Shown one piece after another: positions 25,853 through 36,810 of a DNA stretch of 64,000 nt (position 1 is the first letter of the stretch; the number at the start of each line of letters is the position of its first letter). This DNA is from Catajapyx aquilonaris (Eukaryota), in assembly GCA_000934665.2 (NCBI GenBank), contig KZ538115.1, positions 1-64,000 on the forward strand, written 5' to 3'. The position numbers and the translations under genes are program-made. Below the pieces are notes generated by a model. It was not told the origin of the DNA and made no database searches. It saw only the letters and a program-made list of their open reading frames with translations.

Positions 25853-25972
25853 CTGACACTCGTAGCACGTCAGCACCGACCCTGACTTCCTTCTTGTCGG
25901 CCGAAAACAACACTTGACCTTTAGGGTCGGTGATACTGATGCCTTTTGTCAAACACTCCAGGCGGTCATCAC
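25853..25972 (-). CDS. Scgdelta: Sarcoglycan coding exon 3 (120 nt; not in ORF track)
   Basis: ccaacag|GT GAT GAC... gives (G)DDRLECLTKGISITDPKGQVLFSADKKEVRVGADVLRVS(G), with the LFSAD..EV.VGA..LRV motif. Donor G|gtaatc. Preceded by a 73-nt intron. Confidence 0.96.
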
Positions 25973-26045
25973 CTGTTGGAAGGAAACGGGAATTACACAT
26001 CTGGGAGAATATAGATTTTTTTAAAGTGATAAACTAGAGACATAC

Positions 26046-26235
26046 CGAGGGCTAATCTGTTGCTGATTTTGCCTCTGGAGTCCCTGGCGTGGAAAGTGAG
26101 GTTTCGAGATGACTCTATCAGGATGGGTTGACCCTTCCTGGACCGGATTTTGGAAGCGATTAGAGTGTCCAGGATCATTGCGTCGCCGCTGAGTTGGAGT
26201 CCTCCAGGGATGATTCGGAGTTCGCCCATGCCGTC
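26046..26235 (-). CDS. Scgdelta: Sarcoglycan coding exon 2 (190 nt)
   Basis: ttgcag|GAC GGC ATG... gives DGMGELRIIPGGLQLSGDAMILDTLIASKIRSRKGQPILIESSRNLTFHARDSRGKISNRLAL(G). It contains the DGMG.LRI motif and the N-L-T glycosylation sequon. Donor G|gtatgt, phase 1. Confidence 0.96.
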
Positions 26236-26994
26236 CTGCAAGTTTCCAAAGAGAGAAACAATGAAACAGGTTGATATACACTCCGGATTAAATGGTCGTG
26301 ATTATTTCGTATTATCGTTGGGTTCGTTTCAAAATTTATAACGTAGATTTCAGGGTGTTGGAGCTGTTATGTTTGCAGCTCTTGCATGTTTTCCTGAGAG
26401 AAACGTGACACTGGTCTTAGCAGGAGTGAAATTATATCCAGCCCCCTATTCCATTATGAAGTTTACAGTGTTTGCGCCTGATGTTTTGGCCAGAGTGCAA
26501 GGCAACCCAAGTTGAGAAGTTTGCTGCTCGCGGTGTCTGGTGCAGAAAAGCAGGTGACTTCCTAGGGGCACACAGGAATATATCGGAACAACGACTTGGA
26601 CAGTTGGAAAGGGAGGGGGTGTGGAAACCCCCTTTTGCTCTTGTCCCCTTCTCTCTCCTTCACTCCCTTCGCCAGCTGGCAGGCATCGGAAGTGGGTGCG
26701 ATGCCACTCGGCACACTTCCCCCATCTCCTGCTTCACTATCTTTTCCGCTTCACTTGTCTGCTACGCTCATTCGCATCACGTGCCTCTTGGCAAAGGCAC
26801 AACGGATATATATTTTCCCTCCACCCCCAACCCACAACCCAGCACAAGGCCATGCCTCTAACTTTGATTTCGATATCTCTAGCGGATCTGTCGCTTCCAG
26901 GGGAAAAACTTGCCTCTTCGCTTCTTTATAGGACTAAATCTACTTAATGGAGCGGATTTTTTGGTTAGTTGCACTTGGAGGTTCAATAGTGACT

Positions 26995-27202
26995 GAAAGG
27001 AGTACGGCAGCAGACCTGAAGCTCTAATTAGACTCCGACAGAGTCGCCTCCACCTTTACCCTAGCTAAGGCCACGTGGACCTAGGCCTAGCTAGACCACA
27101 CGGACCTAGGCCTAGCTAGGCCTAGATCCACGTGGCCTAGCTGGTAGGAGCGTCTCTGTTGGGGGCTAATTTGAGCTTCAGGTCTGCTACCTTACTCCTT
27201 TC
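26995..27202. mobile_element. Fold-back (palindromic) MITE-like element in intron 1
   Basis: gaaaggagtacggcagcagacctgaagctc...gagcttcaggtctgctaccttactcctttc. Imperfect self-complementarity runs along the whole length, and the centre is made of cacgtgg and cctaggcctag repeats. Confidence 0.8.
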
Positions 27203-27944
27203 CACACCTGCACGTTGAGTCATGAGTCGTAGACTGCGATAATGCTACGTTCCAAACTATAATAAGCTCTTATGAAACTATGTATTTCATCTTACTCCTG
27301 GATAAAGGAGCAGACTTGGTAAGGCGTGGTAAGATAATCCGAAGGTGCGAACTTCCAAGGATGGACCTGCGGCTATGCTCACAGTAAAACAAACGCAAGA
27401 GGAGTAGGATTCAAGACGTGAGCTGAATAGAAAAGCGGGGATTTAGATCATCCCATTTGTCGACGGCGTACATTTTCAGGATTCATATATCAAGGGTGCC
27501 ACCTATTTCCCTTTTTTTTTTATTTCTTTTCTTCTTTCCCCCTCCCCTTCCTCCTCCGCCTGTCGTCGATAGTTTGTTACATGGAGGTATATTGACACTG
27601 GCCATGCCGCGTGTTTCTGAGAGGAAAGTGCGATTATAGAAAAGTATCAGCGACATACATCAAAATGACGAAAAGTTCCGGATAGACAGCGTGAGAGAGG
27701 CGGTAATGGAAGCCAATTTTCTTTTATGCCAGAGATCGATGGTTTCACTGTCCAAACGAACTGAGACCATGTATCTCCATTTATACCGAATCCATTTGTC
27801 TGTCTGTCCAGTCCTGGGGCTATACATTATGTACCAAATTTCTGGGTCACTTTTGATGCGAATTTTATTGGGCAAAAATAAGCCATGGCAGTGTGACTTT
27901 TAGAACAAAATTGATGGCGCCATTTATTGAAATAGTGAACCTGT

Positions 27945-28305
27945 TGCTAAAATTTGTCAACACTGCCCGTCGCTGCCCGACCCCCACTTGAACGTAGTAC
28001 GATGTGCCACTGCCATATGTCGCGCATCCTCCCTCTCTGCATACGTGGTAAATATGGTAGCTACTAGTACATCAGGGGTCGAATCTTAAATATTTTTTTC
28101 CACGTACAAACTTTCATCTGGAGTGCAAAATACTTGGAGTGCTTAACTTTTAATTACTGGGTTTATCATATCCTCATGGCATAAATCCATGTTAAAAAGT
28201 AGGACCAGCTGAAGTGCAAACTTGGCACTCCATGGCTTACTTCGGAGTGCAAATTACACATTTTTCATCTTAATATTTCGATCCCCGTTACATGCACCTA
28301 GGTGA
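27945..28305 (-). mobile_element. Family C copy interrupted by a family G MITE (28075-28286)
   Basis: tgctaaaatttgtcaacactgcc...ccacttgaacgtagtacgatg...acgtggta [ggggtcgaat...atttcgatcccc] tacatgcacctaggtgataagtc. The flanks are collinear with 31826-31931 and with the family C copy near 2870-2900. Confidence 0.7.
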
Positions 28306-29312
28306 TAAGTCGTGTAGGGACAAAATCACACATAGCCAATTCTATAAAGTGTGATATGTCTCCTCCAGCTTGTCCGGATGTGAATCGGTATTGAATAAAC
28401 CTATGCAGGCCCTATCATCTGGCAAAAAGCTGCAGAAAATTCTCCGTCCAATGCAATGAATGGGAAGATGGCCAGTGGTATATATCTCTAAATGCTTTCC
28501 TCCCATAACAAAGCGCACCAGGAGGGGTTATAGGGAGGACCCCCCCTTATAACCTGGAGCCCGGAACATTCGGAAGATGGGGACGTGGAGTCCCCCCTCG
28601 GCCCTCGTTAATATTTCAGGAAGGCGAGCATGGGCGAACATAATGCAGCGTAAAATCAATTGTTCCGCTCCAAAGGAGCAGCAAGGAAGCAAAACAGGCA
28701 GCCGTTGGAGGGGTCCAGAAAAAGGAAGGAAGGAAGGAGGGGGGAGGGGGCGGCAGGCTGGAATAAATTGGCGGAGATCCGGATGTTCCGGGCGGGCATA
28801 AATCGGGAGAGCCAATGGGGAGGTGTCAATATGCACTGGGGACTGTCATCGCGCGTATCGTTCTCTTTTTTTTTCTTCTTTTTCTTTCTCGAGGCTCTCA
28901 AGCTCCTTTTTCAGCTAAAGCAGCAGCGCAATGCGGATGTTCGCCTACCCGGATAAATACACCAGATTCACTCATTCCGCTCTCGTTAGCGACACTGTCA
29001 CCTCTGCAAATGAGCAGGACGGAGAAAGAGGAATGCTCGGTCCTTTTTTATTTAAAGAGGTTGATACGGATAGATTGTGGTGCGATGTTGTGAGCTGTGA
29101 CACTTTAAAATCATTAAATTTCGCCCGAGAATACAGTTGTAATAATTATTATCAAGTTTTTATTCATCAGTATGACAAAAAAAGCTTGAATCTAGTTAGA
29201 GTCCATTTATATAGTAAAATGCAGCGCGCTTCTTCTAATTAGAAATTAGACATTTCGATTGGTGACACAGTCATGTTGTGACATGTCAACAAGAAAAGAT
29301 ATGCATTGGCTA

Positions 29313-29690
29313 CACTGTAAACCGCAAACCATTAAAAGGGCATTCCTACTGAGTCTTTTATGGAGCATCAATTTTTAATGCTCTTGTAGTTGTAATGCTC
29401 TTTTAATGTCGTTGCTACTCTTAGCAACAAAAAGCATTACAAGAGCATTATCAAAGCATTACAAGGGCATTACAAGAGCATTATCAAAGCATATTACAAG
29501 GGCATTACAAGAGCATCATCAAAGCATTAAAAGAACATCACTACTGACAGTGAGTCTCTCATGGAATATCAATTGTTAATGCTCTTGTAATATTTTTTAT
29601 GTTTTTAGTAACAAAAAAATGAAAGGAGCATTAAAATTCATTTTCCATTGAACGCTTTTAATTCTTTGTGGCGCTTTGCTATGTACAGTG
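29313..29690. mobile_element. CACTG-terminated (CMC/EnSpm-type) MITE-like element with internal ~11-bp repeats
   Basis: ta|CACTGTA...TACAGTG|ta termini with flanking TA. Many agagcattac/aatgctctt subrepeats occur in both orientations, including a tandem array at 29433-29535. Confidence 0.6.
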
Positions 29691-31831
29691 TAGGTAAGTT
29701 ACTTCACTATTTTATGAGCAGTGCAGTTGCATCGTAATACGCATAGATTTATGTAATATCCCAGTTTCATCCCGGTGCATGTTTTAGTACTTAGACTCAA
29801 TTAGTGGATTTCACTACAAGCGAATTGAATTGCAGGGCTTGTTGCAAGTGACAAAATCGTCAGGAATTATTCAAATTTGGAGTGAAAAAAATTACACGAC
29901 AATTGAACTTGAAGAGTTAATTCTAGAAGAGCTGGACGCTGAACATGCAGACTTTTCCAGTTTATTGGGAATAAAACCAGATGTTTAGAGGGGGGGGGGN
30001 AGTCCTTTTATGCCTATAGTAGTATAAACTTTCCGGTGGATCGGAGTTGGTTGCATACAGCCAGCCCGCCTGATATCGGACTTTACTCACATTAATTCCT
30101 GGCGTGGACTTATTGTTCAACGGTGGCGCTAATTACTTCAAATCCCATTCGTGTTATGCGTTACTTGCCGCGAATTAACCGGTCCCCAATTGGGAATTAA
30201 CGTGAGAACACCCCCTCCCCCTCCCCCTCCCTTTTCCTTTGATCTGCATAAACCAATGAGACTAGTTTAGTTGGGAAATACTGCAACTATTATACAACGC
30301 CCATATATTCGTACCTAGAAATGGGGGGGCGATTATCTTTTGCTGCCCTAAGCGGCCTTTTGTTGGCCACGCACAATTAAGCCCCGAGGGATTATCGCCT
30401 CTACTTTGATTTTTCAAACATTTTTTTTAGGAGAGTGGATAGCTGTGTGAAAAAAGCATAAGTGTCTCTGTGTATACAACGGGACCAGACCAGCCGAGAG
30501 GAGTTAGCTTTCAATCAATTTGTTGTCATGTCAACATGGCTCGAGGGTGCGATACAAAATAGATTACCATCACTCATGAATCTCTGTGTGTGTGTTACGC
30601 TGTGCTGGGATATCACAGTCAGGATGGGTGGGGGTTGAAATAACAAATCCCAGCTTGTTAATTAAAATTGGCAAATTATTCCAAATGTGTGATACGAGCT
30701 TCGAGGCGGTCCAGTGCTGCTATCTGTCAATTGCCTCTATATTTTTTATCAGACTAGATTAATTATATTGTTTCAGGCGCTAATGGCTGTTTTCTGCTCT
30801 CATTACAGGCGTATTTTTCCGTGGCTTAAAACAGAGAGTTCCGCATAAGAAACGAGGCTACAATCCATCAAGTGACAAGATCCGGACAGGGTTATAGAAT
30901 TGATGGATAATGCTTCCCCCGGATTGATACCATCGCCCTCCTGCTGCTGTGTGTAGCTGTGTGTGCTCAGGCTGTGCAGTCGCATCTGCAGAGGTACAGC
31001 TTCATTAAGAGAAATCCGGGTGATAAATTTGCCTTTTCGGATTTCCATTTTCGTCCTGTTCGCAGCCTCCCCGCAGCTTATAAAAATGGACTGCGCTTTA
31101 ATATATCTGGGGTGACAAAAAAAAGGCGACAGAATTTTCAGTTCAATTTGAGTTCCGCCATTTTTTTTCAAACATAAAATAATTCTGCGAAATTCATGGC
31201 CCACCCCTTTGTGTTCAGATCAAAGCCTAATCTGCTCTTGTGTAATTATTATAACATGACGTGGCTCCGGAACCTTTTCCGGATCCCAGGGGGTCACTCA
31301 AAAGAAGTATATAAAAAAACACGAGCTGGAATTGACAGATATTCTGTGCGATTAGCAAGTCCAGCGAGTGTTGTGGTAGTTTCTTTAACTGTTGTGATTA
31401 TCGCACGAGATGTCAGACTTGCTGGAATGATGAAGTGGACTGCAAATTCGATCCGGTCAGGGGGTTCCGGATGATGAAAAAAAAGAAGTTGCGTTTGTCC
31501 TGAGAGTGGGTATAGGTTGGCAGGATAGGCAGCAAGAGTGAAAAAAAACATGCTGTGGTGTAAATGTGTTTTCTAATTTCGATTTCTTGATTTACGACCT
31601 TCAAAAGCGGCAGAATTAAAAGGAAATGCTCGGATAGTTATAAATGACCCTTTAGCTCATGCGTGATAAAGATGAAAAGAAATGTGGATTGCAAGTGATA
31701 TTTGTCACGGGCTCGTAATGGATTAAGACTTGACTCCAAACCCGTGCAAAGGTTGCAAAATGACTGATTGCACCTTTGACTCTCATTGCCTTATAAAAAA
31801 AGATGTCATTATGCACGCCTTCATTGCTAAA

Positions 31832-32051
31832 ATTTGACAACACTGCCTTCCACTTGGACGTAATACGATGAGCCTCTACCAGTTGGCGCATAGGTTCCTC
31901 CCACTCCACGTGGTAACTACATGCACCTAGGCCTAGGGCATCTGACCTAGGCCTAGGTGCATGTAGTTACCACGTGGAGTGGGAGGAGCCTATGTGCCAA
32001 CTGGTAGCGGCTCATCGTATTACGTCCAAGTGGAAGGCGGTGTTGTCAAAT
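31832..32051. repeat. 220-bp near-perfect palindrome (106-bp arms, 8-nt loop, 4 mismatches) derived from family C, in intron 1
   Basis: atttgacaacactgccttccacttggacg...tacatgcacctaggcctagg-gcatctga-cctaggcctaggtgcatgta...cgtccaagtggaaggcggtgttgtcaaat. Confidence 0.95.
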
Positions 32052-33987
32052 CCCCGGTGATGAGTCAACGTGAGACAAAGTCATGCCTAGTCAATTCTAT
32101 ACATTATTAATTAATTAAGCCCATGCATATCCCAAAGGTCTTGTTGTGGGATAATCGATTTATTTAATATTTCTCTTAATGTAAGCACAACAATTGCAAT
32201 AATGCATATATAAGTCCTCCTGAAGACTTCCAACAGCAGCACCCCCTAAACTCCTTTTCAAGCCGTCTATTTAGGTTACCCTGACTGCAACCGAGTAAAG
32301 GAGACTAAATTACCGATGATGCCGCGCGTAAATATCCCTTCTTCAGCTCCTGAGAACGAGTTACATGAGCCATTATGCTTAATTACACTGTTATTCGGTG
32401 CGGATTGGATGGCGAACGACGCCGTTCCTGGTTATTTGCCCCCGGCGCCTCGGAGCTGGAGTGACCTTAATATTATGCCGCCTACAATTTATTATGGTAA
32501 TAGGGCAAGGAGTTATTAAGAATTTAACACGGAGCGGAGACTATAAGGCTATGAGAGGGTGGGAGGGAGGGAGGCTTATATAACCAAGGCTTTTCAAACT
32601 GGGGCTGCCTGCTTTACATCCATCCTTTACGGTTCTGGAGAAGAATTAAGACAGGTTGAAAGTAGATTTGCCTGGATCTCTTAGCCCTCTCCCCGGTTCT
32701 GAACAACCCTCCCAATTTTGATATGGAGGGAGGAGAAGGAGGAGGTGGAGGAGGAGGAGGAGGAAAGTATGCCAATTCAGTTTTACCAGCCTCGAATCTT
32801 CTAACAAGATTCAAGGGATTGAAGTTTGTCGGCAATGATGTCTTTTACCAGTTTTTGGAGCAGATGCCGAAGGGAAAGCGCTCATTACTTATACTGCTGG
32901 GGTTGTCTATATATATACGGGGAAGTCTCATCGTATAGTAATGAATGGGACAAACTTCCAGTGCGAATTTCTGGACAACAGCAGAGGTGTCAGAAGCTTC
33001 GTTATGGAGCTAAAGGTCTTCAAACGCAAGGTATAAAATATTTTACCTGGTAACATTTTAAATGTACAGTAAACCTGTTTTAATAACTGATGTCACCGGG
33101 GGGATAGAAGTGTCGTGCGGTGTATCCGTAGCGTATGAAGAGTGCAAAATGCTCTACTAAAATAATATGCGTCAGTATTACTTTGGGGATAATCAATATT
33201 GGGTACATTATTCAGCTTAAAATAAATGGGAAAAAACATTAACTCGTGCTTTCATCTTTCATTTTCTGCTGTAGGGCACGTTATTTTAATCGCGAAAAAA
33301 TGCTCTGCGAACTAGAGAATATTGAATTTATTTCAGGCAGAACTCCAATGCAATTTTTAAAGAGTAAGCAATAATTATTGCTAATTTCTTACACCTTATA
33401 TAGACCTGATAAACCACTGGTTATAAACACGGCTATTTTCCTACTGCTTACCCTCTAATTGCTCATACTCTAATGCGACATATTGTCCGGCACTAACTAA
33501 AAGCCGAGTGCAGAAATCAAATTTAGCCCACAAAAAATTGCATTTCACGCTATCCAACATTTCAACCTGTGCTAAATGCATTAAAAAGACTGAATTAGTG
33601 GATTACTTTTGCTCTCGCATTAGAAGCACAACTCGGGTGCACATAATAATTATTTTTTTCGTTTAAAAACACACACACAAAAAAGGTGTGGTGGTGAGTG
33701 GGTGGGTGGGCCAGCGGAACACACTTTAATGGGTCGGGGGGGGAGGCTGAGACCTGGCCCCGGATCTATGGTCACCCGGATGCTCATCTCTCTTGGCTGG
33801 TGGGCTGGGGCTGGGCCTCATCATCTTTTAATGAAAAGGCTTAACCCGGGCTTGTTGATATAACGAAGAGCAGAAGACCCAGAGTTACAGCAGTGTAATT
33901 GCATCCAGGGGAGAGAATCCGGTCCATCTGACCCCTATGATCCTCCGGGGACACTCTGAACCTTCAACTGAATCTGAATTATTGAAG

Positions 33988-33990
<3 letters not shown>

Positions 33991-34046
<56 letters not shown>
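33991..34046. repeat. (AG)28 microsatellite
   Basis: Uninterrupted AG dinucleotide run. Confidence 0.97.
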
Positions 34047-34048
<2 letters not shown>

Positions 34049-34419
34049 ATCTACGCTGCCTGATGCTGCTGACAGTGTTGCCTAATTTATCATGTGTGAG
34101 CTGCCCCCCCAGCCGCATAAGTCATGAGATGACTATTTCAGAAGGACTCGTTTGTAGTGAATTACCCATTGAATTATTGACAGGATTGAATCATTGATCC
34201 AGCAGAAGCCGATATATGAATCAGCCCATTTCTCATTTTCACCTGCTGGAAAAAAAGCAAAAGTGAAAAATCACGCGAGGGTGATTCGAGTAGACTTTTC
34301 AGTTAAAGTTGGACAACAATGACATGGAATGTTGTCAGTCTCATTTCTCGTTGACAAGTAACCCAAGGAAAATAATTTCCAATAAAGCACGTGGCCTTTA
34401 CCTTGGAGGATAGAGTGAA

Positions 34420-34553
34420 GTAGGCCATGAAACCTATTTGGAAACTGAATCCGAAAACCGTTTGTTGCTATATCATGCAGTTTAGACCCTGATACCTGTC
34501 CACAGACAGATGGACAGACGGACAGAGCCTGTTTTTGTAGGGAAAAAGTATAA
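34420..34553 (-). mobile_element. DINE-1/HINE (Helentron-associated)-like remnant
   Basis: Minus strand reads tttttatac...ctgtccgtctgtccatctgtctgt..., i.e. a T-run plus TTATAC start followed by a GTCY tetranucleotide microsatellite, as in DINE-1-like elements. No subterminal IR confirmed. Confidence 0.4.
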
Positions 34554-36721
34554 AAACTGAAGCTCCAACATTTGAAGAATGGAACCTCACTGTATACTTA
34601 TTTTAATTTAGTGTATGTTCTAAGTGATGTTGTTAAAAATTGTATTGTTTTTGTTGTTGACTGGATTTAATCGCTGGCATGCAGCAGGCTCGCATCTTTA
34701 TTGCTCATTTTCACCGGTAAGCAATAAGTCATTAAGAGCATAAAATCTTCATTTTCCCCGCTTAAATAAACCAGCACCCGAAATGAAGCTTTCCAACACT
34801 TAGAGGAAGTATAAAAAATAGAGAGAGAAAGAGTAGAGAGAGCAAAAGCCCAGTGTGCGATATAAGTCCTGATTTACACCCGGTTCCCATTCTGGCTCCT
34901 AATTGCAATTCTGTTCCGCTAATATTTTTGGCGGCTGGTGCTGCTGGCCCTGTTACTCGATTCACAATTACCAGGAGCTAACGTGTACTTCATAATAAGA
35001 AAAGCTCTAATCAGAATAAATACTTGCTGGTGAAACACCGGGAGGCCTTCCATGGTCCCTATAAAGACACAAAATGGAGGTGTGGGTGGGAAGGGGGTAG
35101 GGTCCGGAGAAAGCCGCCTACCAAATTTCCCGCTAACCACGGCCTGCATAATTAGCTTCATTTAAACCGCGCTCGTATGAAAGGTAGAACAAGTTACAAG
35201 GAGTAATCTGTCCCCGAGGAAATTAGTCGGGCGGGATTGTGCCACACGTCAGATGTGCGGGTGGGCTGGGCAACGGAGCTTTACACGCGAAAGGTAGTCC
35301 AAGGGGTTATTGCTTTATTCATTTTCACCGTCTGATGGCCGGGTGATAGGCCTCAAGGAGGTAGGTGCTGGGGGTGGCTATTAGGGAGATACTTGTCACA
35401 GAAAATGGTTCACTGGGCGGGGTATTAATTCGTCGGGGTTGTAAAAGAAAATCGTGGGTTGGGAACTAAATTATTGGCAGGCTACAAATTATGGACGTGA
35501 CAGGTTAATTAAATGCCATTTGGCCTGAGGGATATTCATTTTGATGTTGAGTAGAGCTGATGCATTTTGGGACCAGTAATAAGTGAGGAGGTGAGATGCA
35601 GTGATCCACGTTAAAAAAATAATTATAAAATAACTAAGCTACTGTCTAGTCCATTTGACGTTGTTCAAGAGAAAAAAAATTGTGCAGAAGAAAAAAAATA
35701 TGTTTTTATTTTACGAAAGGGCGGTAACATCTTGCTGTTAAATAGTCTTCTGATGAACACTGGTAGCATATCCCTCAGTGGGGGCATCAATAACAGTAAG
35801 TAAAGCAAAATGGTCGTATCAGAAAATCATCGCTCCTGAAAATTTCTTCAATCTTTCTGTACCATCAACCAAGCTGATTCAAAAAATGTCAAATTTAAAA
35901 AAAAACACAAAGCCGGAATCATTGGCTATACTGGCTGGTTAAAATTCTGCCAATAAGATTAACTCGTGAGCAACATTCTGAAAACATGACACAGTTTACC
36001 ATTGAAATTACCAGTATCTGTTTATTAATCCGAGATGTATACAGTGCTGGCACCGCGATTATTATAGCATTAATCAAAATCCACTATCGGGTGTCAATAA
36101 ATTGACCTGCTGGCAAAACCCGGGCTATGAATTGACTACCGATAAAATGATTCCCAGTCTGCTCCAGCACAGCCACGTGCATCTGTTGCATTACAAGAAG
36201 ATTTATATTCCCGGTGGTTGGATCTTGAGATGTTTGAGAGTCGATCGGAACTGTCAATACTTTTTTTTTCATGTCTCAATTTTTTTTCCGGTTCGTCCAC
36301 GGAAGAAAAAAAAAAGTTCGATTCGTGGCAGATTCCATAGTCGAAGAGCGACTTTCCTTTGCTTGCGGTGACGTGTTTGAATGACAGCAAGGCCTCGCTT
36401 TTCCCCCTGATTTGAATCCGCAGACTTTGTTGCTGTTGAAATGCGAATTGGGCCCAGGACTTGTCCCATGCTGCAGCGTCCTCCTACACAGAAAGAGCCA
36501 GGGGGAAGTTCAATCCCATTGTCAGCCTCGCCACTGGGGATGGATTTGCTTAGAAATAGTAATCAGTTGGACCCCTACACTTCCAGAATATTGGAGAAGG
36601 CCACACATGGAATATTTTCCAGCCAGAAATTCAGTTATGGACAATGATCTTGGCCAAATCATCAGGCTTCTCTGCAAGTCCAGGAAAATTTGGAAGGATA
36701 TATGTGATCCTATGACCAGGG

Positions 36722-36810
36722 CTTCTGATTGGCTCACTTCCTACTGGCATCCTTTCTGCGCAATGGGAGGAAACAGCGCCTCTGGTGGATGGTAGGAGGA
36801 ACTACAGTAT
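36722..36810 (+). mobile_element. Helitron-like family A, internal fragment (intron 1)
   Basis: ctgattggc...tgcgcaatgggagg...agcgcctctggtggatggtaggaggaactac matches the reverse complement of 57160-57260. Confidence 0.6.

Noticed and set aside
31266..31472. Imperfect ~20-bp inverted repeats rich in TCCGGA
   Set aside because: Short, built from a self-complementary word that is common in the window, and without a TSD.
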